Source: a virus
Lineage: Duplodnaviria; Caudoviricetes
DNA: 64,000 nucleotides
Virus record (IMG/VR): IMGVR_UViG_3300037507_003370
Location: 64,001 to 128,000 of that record
Direction: 5' to 3' (one strand)
Both the position numbers and the translations under genes were made by a program. Shown in pieces: positions 1 through 13,058 of this stretch; within the stretch, counting starts at the first letter, position 1; every line of letters begins with the position of its first letter. The notes beneath the pieces were generated by a model. It was not told where the DNA came from, ran no database searches, and was given only the letters and a program-made list of their open reading frames with translations.

Positions 1-3000
1 AATCCTGGCACACAATTTACCAGAATCAATTCTACGCTTCAAGAATTAGAATATTATAAAAATAATGATATTATAGATATTTCTGGAGAAACTCAGTCAG
101 CATCTGGAATTATTAAACTTGTTTACTTCAATCAAGATACCTCGACATTAACCATAGAGACAGTTTCTGCTATACCGGGAATATCAACAGCAAATATTAA
201 ATCTAGAACACAGCAAGAAAAATTGATAGAATTTGGGTCCAAACCAATACAAATTATTGGAAATAAAAATACCGCAATTGGAATATCCGGGATCAATCTT
301 GGATCATCTAACTATTCCAGTGGAAATAGAATTTTCATTCATGGTAATGATAACGAAGTTTTTGGAAATGATATCATTAGCATTGGAAATGGGATATATG
401 TTAGTGGAGCAATCAATGCTATATCTATAGGAGAGAATAAAGGAAATCTAACAAACTCTGTAGCAATTGGCTTCAATAATAGCATATACGGAAATGATAC
501 TATAGCAATAGGAAATTCAAATAAATCTATCAATATTAATGATGTAATAGGAAAAGATAATATTGCAGCTCAAAGTAATATTTCTGTCTTGGGGTCTGGC
601 AATCAAATAACATACAGATCACAAAGACAAACAGCACTACCAGTAAGCTATGATTTATACAATAGGCCAAATATTCCAACAAGGCTAGACACATCTCACA
701 TAATTGCCTCTGGATACTACAGTGCTGAGTCTCAAGATTTTTTTACTACCAATATTATACGTTTTTCTATCTTAGACAGAGCAATAATACAATTTTATCA
801 TGATGAAAAATATATAGGCTCATACACTGGGCTTGTTACTAATTCTCCTCCAAGTGCTGGCAGTACCTCAACCTCTGTATCTTTTGACAGAAGATCACAA
901 TCGGCCTCTGCCTCAGATCTAGATGCTAATCCGATAACCTTATACGAATATATAACAAGTATATTTCCTGATGTAACTCCATCTCGAATAACTGGATTTT
1001 TATCTTTCGTTTCCAACGATAGCGACGGATCTGTTATAGGAAACGAGAATACTATTGTAGGAACATCAAAAATTTCTGTTGTTGGAAGCAATAATCAATT
1101 CAATGTAGATTCTTATAATACACAGACTACTTCATCTGGTCTTATAGTTGGAGATAATAATAAAGTATTTAATGAGCTGGCAATGACAGCCAGTAGCATA
1201 CAGAATAAATACATTAATGCGAATCCTGTTTTTCAAGGAGCTGTTGGTTTTAATATTAGAAATGCTGATCCTAACTCTATTAAATTTGGCTTTGATACAA
1301 ATACTATTAAGATATTCGATTTATCTGGAAGATCTGACACCAAAATTACCAGTGTTATAGATCCTAATATTAGTCCTCCTCAGACAGAAACATTTTATGC
1401 AGAACAAATAGGAATTAGTGGTTATGCCAGAAGGGGAATCGTATTTAATGCAGATAATATTCAAAATAATTTTTATGTATTAAATAATTCTAGTACTAAA
1501 GATCCTGTTCTTACTGTAGTGTCTAGTGGTACTGGATTTGTTGGAATAAACAATCCGACACCAAGTGTAGATTTGGATATAAAAGGAACATTCGTAGCAG
1601 ATACCGGAACAACTAAATATTTCAGATCTACTAATATAACAATGTCCAGCGGAGCTAAACAAGGATATTTCTTGAGTAGTGTTAATAATGCTGGAGATAT
1701 GGAATGGGTTGGCGGAGTAAAGATTGATGTTAGTGGCATACCTGGAACTTTATTATACTTTAGCGGAATAGCAGGAGCTGGAGGTAAAGTAGAACCAATA
1801 AGCACACAAATAACACAGCCCAACGGAAACTTCCTTTTAAATTTTGTCACATATGAGCCCTCAGGCTCTACTATTAGTAAGAGTGGATTAGTATTTGATC
1901 AATACTATAATATAGATAAATATGCTATTATGACTTTGGATGAACACAGAAGAGCTGTTTTGGGTTATCCAATAGAAGAAACAAGAGATTTAACAACTGT
2001 TAATCCAGGAAAAATTGACTATATACAAAGACTAAAAGATTTGGCGAAAGCCAATAATAAAACAGACGAAGCTCACTATATACCAAGACAATACAATGCT
2101 ATATATTTCATCCCAGAATCTGCACAATATTTAGGATCTATTGATCCAGCACAAATAGCAGATAATTATAAGCTTTCATTAACAAAAGCTGGACAAGCTA
2201 AGGAATCTGTATTTGCTATAGGTAGAAGAAAAATAGATTACAGTCAGCCAACGAATTTGGATAGAGGTGAAGATGTTGATGCTAATAATCCATTCTTCCC
2301 AGGTGGACTATCTGCTCCGCAAGTTATAATATCTACAATTCCTAAAAAAGATCAATTTGGTTCTAATAGTTGGAGAGCTCCTAGATACAAGTATAATCTT
2401 GAAGAACTATACTCTCCTCATCTAGCTCCATATTACGATGATTTTAATGGTCCTGGTATCGGAGACAAATATGATATTATAAAACCAATGACTGGCGACA
2501 ACCTCACTGGTAAAGATTATCAGAGTTGGTGGTATTATGATACCACAAGAACATCCGAAGACGCTGGGTCCAGACCTAAATTTAATACTGTTGGTCTAAC
2601 TTATAGAGTATATGCTACTCAAAAAAGATCTGTAGCAACTGCTTTTAATTTAGGATTAGAAGAAATAGACTTTGTAATATATGGCACAGGGACAAAGCAT
2701 CGTAATAGTGCGGGTATCCCAGATAAACCATCTAAATTCATATTTGGTGGTGACCAAGAATATATGGATTGGGTTAGTACAGGACTAGGTTCCGATATTG
2801 CGGATAGGCCATTCTTGACCAAAGTTCCTGCTTTTTATTTTAATTCTTCTATCAGCTCTTTCATGATTCATACTGATCGTCCCAGTTGGATTCCTTTTAA
2901 ATTACCAGCCGACGTATGCGAACCATGTGACCCTATTCAAAGCGGCATTCAATTTGCAGACCTTACTGTAAGAGGATGGATTGGCACTAGCGGTATCAGA

Positions 3001-4899
3001 ATTGGACAGGGCTTTCGTAGGGCACTTGCTCCTGATGCTGATGGTAATTTAGTTCCAGCTATTGACGCTCAAGGCGGGCCGATTTACGAAAGTACCGCTG
3101 GGATGTTTTTAACATCAGATAAATTTGGATTTGCTGTTTGGGAACCTTTAGGAGGAGTATCGTCCACTAATGATACATTAACTTCTAATACGACTCCTAC
3201 TAGTAGTCAGATATTAACAGAAGGTGTTTTAGATAGAATCTCTAATGCTACTATAGAATTCGCATATGAAACAGATAATACAAATGATACAGCAAGGCTG
3301 TACAGAGATAATCTTAGTGTAAGAGACGAAAATCTTTTAAGTAATGCTGCACTAAAACTTAGAGGAGTAACAAGAAATAGTCTTTTATTTGCTAAAAATC
3401 CAAGACCAAACGCATACGATAATTATAATGGAACATTCAACGAATCTTCTGTGCCAACATCATCTAATGATATGAATATAGATGGTACAGAGAACCTATT
3501 CTATTATGGATATACTAATGCTCTAGAAGGAGTATTAACTTACAATACCTCTTCTAACACAACAGAAATAGTGGTAGACGGAGATGCTACCAGAAGAATT
3601 CAGAATGGAGATATTGTTAGATTACTTTATCGCTATCTTGATACCACAGGAACAACAGAACAAACAGTAAGTTCAATTATCAGAGCTAAAGTTATTGGAA
3701 TAAATATACAGTCTTCTCAGAAAGTAAATTTGACAGCAGATGATATTGGTGGTCCAAGAAGCTTTTTTAATAGGACACATATTATACTGGATAAAAAAGT
3801 AGATAACGTAGTATCTGAAACATATAATTTAGATAGGAATAGCGCATTTAGAAGAGCCGCGATTATATCTGAAACAGTAGGTGGCTACTTAACATTTAAT
3901 TTCCCAGGATCTTCTCCGGACATTGTATTAAGCAATAGACCAAATATAGATACTGAATTTAATCTTAATGGCAAAAAGATAGGATTTAGTGTTTATGGAG
4001 ATCAATCAAGTCCAAAAATTAATTTAGATAAAATAACAAACACAGTATTGCTAAATACAGATAAAGCAAAATCATACGGAAAAGTCACAAAGGTAACATC
4101 ACCACTAACTGCTGAAGACGAAAGAAATATTGATAGCGATCTTTATTATGATTATGGATGGAATGATGATTATATCATAGGTCAAATCTCTACAGTAAGC
4201 AACAAAACAGTAATTAGCACATCTGTAACTTTAACAGATAAAATTAATATCGGAGATATATTAGAAGTTGTATATGATACATATCAAAAAATAAATATGT
4301 ATGTATTATCAATTGATGGTCAAAAAGTATCATTATCTATTAGTATGTTAAGCTATGGGTTAATAGATGATGTAATTGGTAACCTAGCTAGAGATAATAG
4401 TGGAAATATTATAAACAATAATGTCAAATTTAAGATTGTAAAAAGACAATTGCCAAAAGTTACTGTTGCTAACAAGGTTATAGGGTCTGGTTTAATTCCA
4501 GTATATGCCGACGTTGGAGTGAATGGAATATTGCATACTGAAATGGCGATTATAGAAAATCTACCACAATTTAGTGGAGTTAATCGCATACCATATAGCA
4601 ATTTTGGTCTTTTAACACCTTCTAATCTTGGCTTTGTAGACTATAAAGACATATCTACAAATAAAACCTCTTCTTATTTAGTTAATAATACAATTTTGCC
4701 AGATATTATAGATACTAAAATAGCCAATATCAATGGACAAAATAAAAAATTGCCAATTTTAGCTGACACTACTCTTGCAGGAAATGTAAAGATTAATAAT
4801 TTGCATGTTGATAATTTTAATCATTTTAATACTATAGACTGTGGAATCGTTGTTTTTAGAGGGAAATGCGATAAATTAAAAGTTGTTTGTGATGATTGA
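1..4899 (+). CDS. Tail fibre-like protein, 5'-partial (>1632 aa)
   Basis: Frame 1 is open from base 1 (NPGTQFTRIN...), so the TTG at 223 is internal. Has YadA-head-like repeats (NSVAIGFNN, DTIAIGNS), GFVGINNPTPSVDLDIKG, G..L.S...G...W linkers and repeated FN...DF.V.G modules typical of phage fibres. Ends in TGA. Confidence 0.7.
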   Translation, partial: NPGTQFTRINSTLQELEYYKNNDIIDISGETQSASGIIKLVYFNQDTSTLTIETVSAIPGISTANIKSRTQQEKLIEFGSKPIQIIGNKNTAIGISGINLGSSNYSSGNRIFIHGNDNEVFGNDIISIGNGIYVSGAINAISIGENKGNLTNSVAIGFNNSIYGNDTIAIGNSNKSININDVIGKDNIAAQSNISVLGSGNQITYRSQRQTALPVSYDLYNRPNIPTRLDTSHIIASGYYSAESQDFFTTNIIRFSILDRAIIQFYHDEKYIGSYTGLVTNSPPSAGSTSTSVSFDRRSQSASASDLDANPITLYEYITSIFPDVTPSRITGFLSFVSNDSDGSVIGNENTIVGTSKISVVGSNNQFNVDSYNTQTTSSGLIVGDNNKVFNELAMTASSIQNKYINANPVFQGAVGFNIRNADPNSIKFGFDTNTIKIFDLSGRSDTKITSVIDPNISPPQTETFYAEQIGISGYARRGIVFNADNIQNNFYVLNNSSTKDPVLTVVSSGTGFVGINNPTPSVDLDIKGTFVADTGTTKYFRSTNITMSSGAKQGYFLSSVNNAGDMEWVGGVKIDVSGIPGTLLYFSGIAGAGGKVEPISTQITQPNGNFLLNFVTYEPSGSTISKSGLVFDQYYNIDKYAIMTLDEHRRAVLGYPIEETRDLTTVNPGKIDYIQRLKDLAKANNKTDEAHYIPRQYNAIYFIPESAQYLGSIDPAQIADNYKLSLTKAGQAKESVFAIGRRKIDYSQPTNLDRGEDVDANNPFFPGGLSAPQVIISTIPKKDQFGSNSWRAPRYKYNLEELYSPHLAPYYDDFNGPGIGDKYDIIKPMTGDNLTGKDYQSWWYYDTTRTSEDAGSRPKFNTVGLTYRVYATQKRSVATAFNLGLEEIDFVIYGTGTKHRNSAGIPDKPSKFIFGGDQEYMDWVSTGLGSDIADRPFLTKVPAFYFNSSISSFMIHTDRPSWIPFKLPADVCEPCDPIQSGIQFADLTVRGWIGTSGIRIGQGFRRALAPDADGNLVPAIDAQGGPIYESTAGMFLTSDKFGFAVWEPLGGVSSTNDTLTSNTTPTSSQILTEGVLDRISNATIEFAYETDNTNDTARLYRDNLSVRDENLLSNAALKLRGVTRNSLLFAKNPRPNAYDNYNGTFNESSVPTSSNDMNIDGTENLFYYGYTNALEGVLTYNTSSNTTEIVVDGDATRRIQNGDIVRLLYRYLDTTGTTEQTVSSIIRAKVIGINIQSSQKVNLTADDIGGPRSFFNRTHIILDKKVDNVVSETYNLDRNSAFRRAAIISETVGGYLTFNFPGSSPDIVLSNRPNIDTEFNLNGKKIGFSVYGDQSSPKINLDKITNTVLLNTDKAKSYGKVTKVTSPLTAEDERNIDSDLYYDYGWNDDYIIGQISTVSNKTVISTSVTLTDKINIGDILEVVYDTYQKINMYVLSIDGQKVSLSISMLSYGLIDDVIGNLARDNSGNIINNNVKFKIVKRQLPKVTVANKVIGSGLIPVYADVGVNGILHTEMAIIENLPQFSGVNRIPYSNFGLLTPSNLGFVDYKDISTNKTSSYLVNNTILPDIIDTKIANINGQNKKLPILADTTLAGNVKINNLHVDNFNHFNTIDCGIVVFRGKCDKLKVVCDD

Positions 4900-4905
4900 T
4901 GCAAG

Positions 4906-4920
4906 GTGTACTTTAAAGTA
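4906..4920 (+). promoter_or_regulatory. Intergenic motif GTGTACTTTAAAGTA (candidate phage late promoter/operator), followed by the GAGG SD of the next gene
   Basis: Contains the perfect palindrome TACTTTAAAGTA and matches 18693-18707 at 12 of 15 positions. Both copies lie in rare intergenic gaps of the structural block. Confidence 0.4.
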
Positions 4921-4931
4921 AAGAGGTAAAA

Positions 4932-5609
4932 ATGGGATGGCCTGACGATCAAGAAGCTCCAGTATTTGACCCTAATCAGCCGCATATACTGGGGCAAAAT
5001 CCACCTCCAAATGTTAATTGGGAAAATTTAGCCAATCAATTTGGTGCATCACAAAACAAGTTATTGATAAAAAGAGATGTTACTACATCAAATCATCCTT
5101 GTGGGGAAGATCTTGATATTGGAGAGTTGGTCTTTAACGCTATCACAGGAAATTTATATTCGAAAACATTAGGAGGGGATATTATAATGTATGCTCCAAC
5201 AGTCATATGCTCAGACTCTTCTAGTCCATCTCTGGGATTATATAAATTTTCATTATCAATACCCGAAAATTGTGCAGATATTTGTACCAATTCGGCTTAT
5301 GGGATAACTCTCACTTCTGCTAAGAAAAATGCAATCAGGTTCAATCCCGTGCCAATTGTTGAGGGACTACCGATATCTTATAATATTTTTATTGAACAAA
5401 GAAGAAAGGCCACCGCGCCGCCTTTCGAAGAAGTTGTAACAAAAACACACATAGCAAGAATATCATTAATATCTGATTATAAATCAACAATGTCTTTTGA
5501 ATTTGTTTATTATATTGACGATACTACTTTTTATCCATTAGATGGCCTATTAGGTCCAGGATCATACGATAACGGTCAACTTGGTAAACTAATAATAGAA
5601 ACACTATAA
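4932..5609 (+). CDS. Small fibre/adaptor protein with Mtd_N/hyaluronidase-N-like motif
   Basis: KLLIKRD...P...[16 protein letters not shown] resembles the I.IKRS...P..L..GELA.N..DG.LY N-terminal fibre motif. GAGG SD upstream. Confidence 0.55.
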   Translation: MGWPDDQEAPVFDPNQPHILGQNPPPNVNWENLANQFGASQNKLLIKRDVTTSNHPCGEDLDIGELVFNAITGNLYSKTLGGDIIMYAPTVICSDSSSPSLGLYKFSLSIPENCADICTNSAYGITLTSAKKNAIRFNPVPIVEGLPISYNIFIEQRRKATAPPFEEVVTKTHIARISLISDYKSTMSFEFVYYIDDTTFYPLDGLLGPGSYDNGQLGKLIIETL

Positions 5610-5611
5610 TA

Positions 5612-8600
5612 ATGTACGAACAGCATATAACTAAACCAATACAAATTATCCAGTACAAGGGAACAGAAGACATAAGCCTAGTGCCTGATTATACTTTTTC
5701 TTATGCTGTCAATATTTCTAATAATATTAGTTTTGCAATAGCTAATGGTATTCAAAACAATCAATTAGTTCTTCTAAGTACTCAGTCTAATCCTAATGAA
5801 AATGGATTGTATATCTTTAAAAATAATATTCTCAGTAAATATTATGAGTCATTTTTTAAAAATGTACAAAAAATTTATAAAGTCAATAAAAATTCTGCTT
5901 ATGAAGTATATTTTGGTTTATTAGATAATTTTAATCAATTCACTACGATAACACCTAACGAAACATACATTATTGTTTCCAAGGAAAATGCTAGTTTACC
6001 ATATATTTGGTATTCTACAGAACAGTCTTTTGATTCGTCTATATTGTTCGATATGGAGATTATTCAAAAGAACTTTTCTAGTTCAGATGGATCGTCACTA
6101 GACCCTATAAACAATGTTATATCTCTAGACCTGGCTAATAGTTTTGATTTCAGACCTGTTGTTTTTACTACTAAGCTTACTCCAAGTTCTGTTAGCAAAG
6201 AATACATATTAAAATTAGATTTTATTCTTGCTGGTGATGCTGAGTATTATGATGTTTATGATTTTGTACTTAGAGATATCGACGTTTTATCAAACACAGA
6301 GAATGAACTTTCTTTAAATTCTGAATTTTTATCTAATAATAGTCTTTTTATTAAGCACAATCAACTATACTATTTTGTAGAATCTTACAATAATGTCAAT
6401 GGAATATACAAATATAATATAGAATCCAATACATTTACTATTGTTCCTAATTCTGAAGATATCGTTCGTCGTAAATTATTTGTGATAGATAAAAGAATAA
6501 AAAGAATTAAGAGTGTTAAGGATAATGTATATATTAATAATATTCTATATATGCATCCTCCTAAATTACGTCAACAAGATAGTTCTTATGGATTTTATGA
6601 GATACAAGCATCATTAATTAATCCAAGTAATGGAGCAGTAATCAGCGTAGATAAATATTGTTTCAGTATATCTCCAACATCATTAAATTTACCGACCCCA
6701 ACTCCAACATTAACTCCTACGCCGAAGCAACATAGTGTATCATTTGCTGATGCTCCGATACTCAATATTAATTTTTGTGATTATGGTTCTTGTTTAAAAA
6801 CCCCTATTAAATTTACAGCATCCAATCTTTCAGAAACATCAAATTATATTTATGAATTAGGAGTTATAGAATATGGACACGCTAATCCTGATAACCCACA
6901 AGATTTATTAAAAACAGAATTTATCACATTTGATTCTTCTGCCGGAATCCTTCCTCTAGGATATTCTTCGTATTGCATTGAATCATTCATGTCAATATCT
7001 GATAGGATTAGATCTATTATTTATGTAAAAGTAACTAATATTGATAATAACATTAGTGCAACTAATACATTAGAAATAAATTTGTGTGATAGAGATTTTT
7101 GTCCACCACTTCCGACACCTACGAAAACTCCAACATCAACGTTACCGGCCTATCCAACAAGAACACCAACAAGGACAAGAACAAGTACTCCTACTAGTAC
7201 TCCAACAAAAACTCCTCGTGGAACCCAAACAGTAACGCCAACCCCCACATTTACTCCAACTAATACAGCAACACAAACCATAACACCAACAACAACAGCA
7301 ACACAAACTATAACGCCAACAGTCACCCAAACAGCTACTCAAACTCCAACTGTTAGCCCATCCGTATCTGTAACACCCACAATATCACCCTCTTTAACAG
7401 CAACACCGACTATAACTCCTACTAATACTTCTACGCCAACACAAACCACTACCATAACACCAACATCAACAATCACTCCTACAATTACTCCAACTCCCAC
7501 TTATACGTCAACGCCTACTCCATCTACAATGGTTGATGCTTTGATTAGTGTTGGGAGAAATGACGTAGCACAGTTAGCAAGAAATACCTTTTTTGACTCT
7601 GTTGACAGTAATAGTGTTTGCTCTTTCGATGTTATTAATAATATATTCGTAGACTATACTATTAGTAGTCCAACAAATATGGTTTTAGCAGGACTTACTA
7701 CGTATATTCCAAGTTCTCCAACAAAAACTATGTTCATTGGTAAGTATCTGAAATCCTCACAAACTCATAGAGTATTAAGCGCTGGAGCTAATGGAACTAC
7801 TAATAATAGACTATTAAGAAAATTTGCTGGAACAGCAGATTATTCTTTTGGAGAAATAAAGACTTCTCCTTATGCTACTGGAGATAATGAGCTGTCTAAA
7901 GATCTAATAGAATTATTAGACACTAGAGAATGTAATAATCCCATAGCTATATCCAATTTTTCTGGTCAGCAAACAGTATTTGTGGGAATTACTGACAAGA
8001 CTCTTTTTAATAGAAATATAGCAATTTACGATGACGGAGTAGCTGCAAGTGTTATAACACAAAATCTAATTACAAATATAACTTTTTCATCCAATATAAC
8101 TAAACTGAGAGATATTGCTCCATTAGCTTTAACGTCATCTAGCACCAGAACCAATCATGGATGTTTAGCATTAGTAGAATCAGAGAACCAAGAAAAAGCT
8201 CTTATTTTTGTAAATAAAGAAGGAACAGTGATAGAATTTGCTTTTGCTGGCAATAGGAAATTACCAAGGAATACTAATATACTAAGCGTGCATACAATAT
8301 CGGCAGCTTCGGATAGTAATGTAACATCAGGTATATACTTATTAATTAAAGATATAGATAATATTAATCGTATATATTATTCTAGCATATCGTCTGGAGT
8401 AGCTTCTTATCCGTCTTCTATTACTATAGGTACGTCCATAGTATCGGCATCCAATACAAATACTAACGTATATTTAATCGGAGCTAATGGCAAGGTATTT
8501 TCTGCTGGAGCATTGAGTAATTTGGGTAGAATAGCTACGGTGAATGTATTCGGAGAGATAAGTATTCCGGCTAATCATACCGTAAGCACCATCAAAGACA

Positions 8601-11600
8601 GATACATATTGTTAAAAGACAATAGCAACAATCAAGTATTATGTTACATCGGAACAGTTGCTCCATCGTGCGTTGGTTCAACAACTAATTTATTTACTTC
8701 ATATTTATCAAGTACATACTTATGGAAAGTCAATAATATTTTGCAGTTGTCAACTGTTGGGGCGCCATATACTGGTTCATACAATAATATTCTTGACTTT
8801 GGTGCTTGTGATAACGGCCAAAGTTTATATTTGAATATGAGTCCAGCCAGAGCTTTTGTCGATCACCCTGTTCCGACTCCAACAGTTACAATAACATCAA
8901 CAGCAACCTCTACACCTACAAATACTCCAACATTAACTCAGACTCCGACAACAACTACCACAAGAACTCCAACAGCCACGATAACATCTACTCCTACTGT
9001 GACTAAAACAGTGAGTCCGACTCAAACTAATACGCCAACCAATACAAATACAAATACCCAAACAGCCACGATGAGTCCTACTCCTACTAGCACCCCAACT
9101 ATTAGTCCAACTAAGACAGTTACCCCATCAGTTACAGTAACAAATACAGCTACTCCAACCATTACTCCTACACCCACCACAACGAGTATTCCTGATACAT
9201 CAATTACTTTATGGCTTAAAGGAGAAAATACTATACCGGTTGTTGTCGATCATTCTTCTTATCATTATCCAGTATTAAAATATTTAACTGGCTCTTTATC
9301 AACTAGTTTTCCTGGGGTAAGCTCAGATCTTATTGTTAGCGATCTAAGTAGCGATACTCCATTTGGAACTATTAGCGGTCTAAATAGTTATGATATATCA
9401 AATTGGTATTTATTAGTAAATGATAATGCTCCATTTGATACTGCTGCTTTATCCAATGGTATACTAGCTCATACTTTTTCCAATGTTTCTTTTTGTATAG
9501 AGTTTTGGATAAAAAATAAAGCTATTAATAGTAACAGGGGCATATTTGCAAGAGGCGGAAGATCATATCGAGGGTCTTTTGCTTTATTGTTCGATACTCA
9601 GGATAAATTGTTTTTTACAGCATATAATTATCAATCTGGAAACGTACCACTCCTATCTTCTTTAAATCCTGTAAACGATACAAACTGGCATCACATTGTT
9701 ATTAATTGTGAAAAAATTAATGATGTTACATCAAGATGGAGAATGTTTATAGATGGCTCAATGCAATCAGATGTAAGTCTTAGCGGAGAATCCGCCTTCG
9801 TTGCTCCAACAAGTCAAGGTCTTTCATATATGTCCGTAGGTTCTGCAACAAATTATTCTGTTAATTTTCCAAATTGTAATGCAAGAATATTTGATTTTAA
9901 AATTACAAAAAATAATCATATATATAGTAATTCGTTTGTCAAACCATCTAGACCATCTTTTCATAATATTGATTCTGATCTTTATTTTGTCAAGGATGAT
10001 GATAGTCGTTACTATTCTGATTTTATGTTTGAAGACAAGGGGAACAAAACAATATTTACTCCGGCTTTCGGAGACATATTATGGTCAAGATTAAAAGATG
10101 GATTAGGAGTAGATGCTGCTGGTAGAATGTATTTTATACCCATAGGAAATAATACCAGCCAAGCCACAAGTACGCCAGTATTTCCTCCAATGTTCAAATA
10201 CGCCTTATCTGGACCAATATTGACTTTGGGCTATAATAATAATTTTTCTGGTAGTAGGATACTACCAATATATGGTAATTTTACCATGCTTAATAGTGGA
10301 GGAAACTATAATAGTGGACCATTAACTATAGCTTATACAGACGTAGACTCCTCTATATCAAATACGTTTGGTTTAAATAAATCGTCTGATAATGAATCTG
10401 TTATGATTTATGGCATAGATAGAGATCATAACCTTAATGCGTGTTTTGGTACTCGAAAGCCTATAAGTACTATCATGCCAATATCTAAAATATTCCCAAA
10501 TATTAATAAAGTTTCTAGCGATAATATCAGACTTCAACGCTGTAGCAATCTAAAATGGAAACAATTAGTATTGACCACATGGTTAAATTCGTCCTTATTA
10601 AGCGAATTTTTTGGTTTGGGTATCTTAGAAGATGACACACTTAGAATTATGCGCACAGATACTGGATCAATAGGAGATGGAGGAGAGGCAACCACAACAT
10701 TAGTAAAAGATATAGCGGTAGGTAGTATTAGTTACAGTTCTGGCCCCACCACCAATATACAAGCTGCTTACATCACAAATACTGGAACTCTTTATACTTA
10801 TCAATGGAATACGGGTACGTTTAATGCGGTTGATTTTGAAACATGGAAATCTTGTGAATATTCGAATGTATCACTAGATAACATATTGTATGCCGTTAAA
10901 GAAAGCGACAATACCATGTATCGTCTTGGTGTTTCTAATGACAGTAATATAGTCGCTAGTACTACCTTAATTCCTTTTGTTATTAAAAATACCGTTATTG
11001 GAACATCTGTATTTGCAACTAAAGTTCAAGAGACATTTGATCGTATATATATAACTGATAATGAATATAATTTGTATATTTATATTAAGTCTTTTGTTGG
11101 TTTAGTCGAGGCTAAATCTGATTTTGGAATAAAAGAAGGACAATATGGTATAAGTACAATATTGCCTGGGCAAGTTTATAAGTTGCCATTTAAAACTTCT
11201 GAGTTTTCCGCATCACAACAATGCTTTATCAATAAAACGCTCAATCCAACAGCAGTTATACAACAAACTGCGACTCCGACACTCACACCCACAGCAACTC
11301 CTACACCATCTATTACTCCAACTAAAACTCCAACTCAAACAGTTACACAAACAAGAACAGGAACTCAAACAGTTACTCCAACAAGGACCACAACACGCAC
11401 AGTTACGCCAACAAAAACAGCAACTCCAACAGTTACCCCATCTCCAACAGAAACTATTCTACCAAGAACTGCTAGCGCTCCTTTATCTTTGGTCGCCACC
11501 AATAATACTGGTTATGAATTAGTTAATTTGAGCTGGAATGTTCCATCAGATACAGGATCAAGCCCTATATTTAATTATAGAATACAATTTTCAATTGATG

Positions 11601-13045
11601 GCGGTTCAACTTTTACAACTCATGGTCGTCAGTATCAGGATTCGTTCACTCAATTTACCGTTATTGGCTTGTCTCCATCTAATTCTTATATATTTAGGGT
11701 AGCTGGTGTTAATAGTGCTGGTTTGGGCACTTACTCTAATCCTTCATCGCCAATCACTCCGAGATCTGCTCCAGTATTACCAGTACCACAACCTCCCATG
11801 TTCATGGTTGTTGATGGTGCCGAATATTTTGAGACAAGTTTGCCAACGCACAATGGCAGAACAATACTACTATACAATATAGATGAGGCTCAATATAATT
11901 TGACTACTGAAATTCAGGATTCTGATGATAATATAAATTGGATACCTTATACATTTATTAATAATGTTTCCGGGTCTACTGCTGATTATAATGCTGGCAT
12001 GAAATCTAAAAGAGGATCAGGGTTACCGTCTCCAGAACCAAGACAATATATCAGAATTAGAAGCAAGACGAATCAAGCAGACACTTATGGGTCATGGTCT
12101 TATAACACAATATCTCCTACTGCAGGGGCAACTCCGTTAAGATACGGCGTATATTCTTATAATAATTCTATGAATATTGTGCCTCCTTATATTTTTACTA
12201 CTATAGCACCAATTTCATTATTAACTTTCACTGAAAATAGCATGACAAGCGTTTCTCCTCCCATAATTTTTAATCCAAATTTATATCGAGTAACACTTAG
12301 AAATAAACTAATTAATGCTTTTAGTGTGTATGGTTATTATATATACCCCAACTTAGCAGTTGCTGGTCTTGATCAGATAAATACTTATGCATTACCAGGA
12401 TATATCAGTAATTCATCTCAAGATGGAATATTTAAGGAAGTAGCAGCATCTCCAGGAAACCCACCGCCCGGCATGGCCGGCAACAACAACTTTTTTATTA
12501 GTACATCAACCATTGACAAGCACGCATTTAACTTTGCTGGCATGCCAGTATATGATTCTGATGAGATTTCCCAATTTAACCTTCAAACTGGTTTACTATT
12601 AGGTAGTGAAATTATAAATATTCATAATAGATTAGCGGGAATTAGACCAATATATAGAAGAAATATCAATATTGATGGTGCTTCATTTGTAGGACCAGAC
12701 GTTAGCTTTAACTCAACTCTTGGAATAGGAAACGAACCTCTTGATAAATATCCTATAAATACAAATCTAAGTGTTCCAACAGCTAATGTTAGTACTACCA
12801 CTAATTCAATATATGTGTATAGTTATAATACTTATGGAGGACATATTTTTGTACAAGGATGGGCTCCACAGGTGAACAAGTGGGTAACAGTAGGTGTTAG
12901 TGATATTAGGCCTAATATCTTAAAGGATCTTGGTAGCTCGATTTCTATAGATCGTAGACTTAAATATAGAATGAAATTCTTTAGCGTCGGAACAAATGAG
13001 TCTAATTCTGGATTTAGTAATTGGTCCTCAGATATAATATTTTAA
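5612..13045 (+). CDS. Giant mosaic fibre/decoration protein (2477 aa): PT-rich stalks, degenerate RCC1-like region, LamG domain, FN3 domain
   Basis: LamG motifs [29 protein letters not shown]. Canonical FN3 APLSLVA...[20 protein letters not shown]...[21 protein letters not shown]. Three long (T-x)n tracts. Confidence 0.75.
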   Translation: MYEQHITKPIQIIQYKGTEDISLVPDYTFSYAVNISNNISFAIANGIQNNQLVLLSTQSNPNENGLYIFKNNILSKYYESFFKNVQKIYKVNKNSAYEVYFGLLDNFNQFTTITPNETYIIVSKENASLPYIWYSTEQSFDSSILFDMEIIQKNFSSSDGSSLDPINNVISLDLANSFDFRPVVFTTKLTPSSVSKEYILKLDFILAGDAEYYDVYDFVLRDIDVLSNTENELSLNSEFLSNNSLFIKHNQLYYFVESYNNVNGIYKYNIESNTFTIVPNSEDIVRRKLFVIDKRIKRIKSVKDNVYINNILYMHPPKLRQQDSSYGFYEIQASLINPSNGAVISVDKYCFSISPTSLNLPTPTPTLTPTPKQHSVSFADAPILNINFCDYGSCLKTPIKFTASNLSETSNYIYELGVIEYGHANPDNPQDLLKTEFITFDSSAGILPLGYSSYCIESFMSISDRIRSIIYVKVTNIDNNISATNTLEINLCDRDFCPPLPTPTKTPTSTLPAYPTRTPTRTRTSTPTSTPTKTPRGTQTVTPTPTFTPTNTATQTITPTTTATQTITPTVTQTATQTPTVSPSVSVTPTISPSLTATPTITPTNTSTPTQTTTITPTSTITPTITPTPTYTSTPTPSTMVDALISVGRNDVAQLARNTFFDSVDSNSVCSFDVINNIFVDYTISSPTNMVLAGLTTYIPSSPTKTMFIGKYLKSSQTHRVLSAGANGTTNNRLLRKFAGTADYSFGEIKTSPYATGDNELSKDLIELLDTRECNNPIAISNFSGQQTVFVGITDKTLFNRNIAIYDDGVAASVITQNLITNITFSSNITKLRDIAPLALTSSSTRTNHGCLALVESENQEKALIFVNKEGTVIEFAFAGNRKLPRNTNILSVHTISAASDSNVTSGIYLLIKDIDNINRIYYSSISSGVASYPSSITIGTSIVSASNTNTNVYLIGANGKVFSAGALSNLGRIATVNVFGEISIPANHTVSTIKDRYILLKDNSNNQVLCYIGTVAPSCVGSTTNLFTSYLSSTYLWKVNNILQLSTVGAPYTGSYNNILDFGACDNGQSLYLNMSPARAFVDHPVPTPTVTITSTATSTPTNTPTLTQTPTTTTTRTPTATITSTPTVTKTVSPTQTNTPTNTNTNTQTATMSPTPTSTPTISPTKTVTPSVTVTNTATPTITPTPTTTSIPDTSITLWLKGENTIPVVVDHSSYHYPVLKYLTGSLSTSFPGVSSDLIVSDLSSDTPFGTISGLNSYDISNWYLLVNDNAPFDTAALSNGILAHTFSNVSFCIEFWIKNKAINSNRGIFARGGRSYRGSFALLFDTQDKLFFTAYNYQSGNVPLLSSLNPVNDTNWHHIVINCEKINDVTSRWRMFIDGSMQSDVSLSGESAFVAPTSQGLSYMSVGSATNYSVNFPNCNARIFDFKITKNNHIYSNSFVKPSRPSFHNIDSDLYFVKDDDSRYYSDFMFEDKGNKTIFTPAFGDILWSRLKDGLGVDAAGRMYFIPIGNNTSQATSTPVFPPMFKYALSGPILTLGYNNNFSGSRILPIYGNFTMLNSGGNYNSGPLTIAYTDVDSSISNTFGLNKSSDNESVMIYGIDRDHNLNACFGTRKPISTIMPISKIFPNINKVSSDNIRLQRCSNLKWKQLVLTTWLNSSLLSEFFGLGILEDDTLRIMRTDTGSIGDGGEATTTLVKDIAVGSISYSSGPTTNIQAAYITNTGTLYTYQWNTGTFNAVDFETWKSCEYSNVSLDNILYAVKESDNTMYRLGVSNDSNIVASTTLIPFVIKNTVIGTSVFATKVQETFDRIYITDNEYNLYIYIKSFVGLVEAKSDFGIKEGQYGISTILPGQVYKLPFKTSEFSASQQCFINKTLNPTAVIQQTATPTLTPTATPTPSITPTKTPTQTVTQTRTGTQTVTPTRTTTRTVTPTKTATPTVTPSPTETILPRTASAPLSLVATNNTGYELVNLSWNVPSDTGSSPIFNYRIQFSIDGGSTFTTHGRQYQDSFTQFTVIGLSPSNSYIFRVAGVNSAGLGTYSNPSSPITPRSAPVLPVPQPPMFMVVDGAEYFETSLPTHNGRTILLYNIDEAQYNLTTEIQDSDDNINWIPYTFINNVSGSTADYNAGMKSKRGSGLPSPEPRQYIRIRSKTNQADTYGSWSYNTISPTAGATPLRYGVYSYNNSMNIVPPYIFTTIAPISLLTFTENSMTSVSPPIIFNPNLYRVTLRNKLINAFSVYGYYIYPNLAVAGLDQINTYALPGYISNSSQDGIFKEVAASPGNPPPGMAGNNNFFISTSTIDKHAFNFAGMPVYDSDEISQFNLQTGLLLGSEIINIHNRLAGIRPIYRRNINIDGASFVGPDVSFNSTLGIGNEPLDKYPINTNLSVPTANVSTTTNSIYVYSYNTYGGHIFVQGWAPQVNKWVTVGVSDIRPNILKDLGSSISIDRRLKYRMKFFSVGTNESNSGFSNWSSDIIF
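7112..7528 (+). repeat. Thr/Pro-rich coding tract (PT stalk) in the 2477-aa protein
   Basis: About 140 codons of TPT/TxT repeats. Confidence 0.95.
8867..9187 (+). repeat. Thr/Pro-rich coding tract before the LamG domain
   Basis: TPTxT repeats. Confidence 0.95.
11267..11455 (+). repeat. Thr/Pro-rich coding tract before the FN3 domain
   Basis: TPTxT repeats. Confidence 0.95.
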
Positions 13046-13058
13046 TTAGGATTATAAA

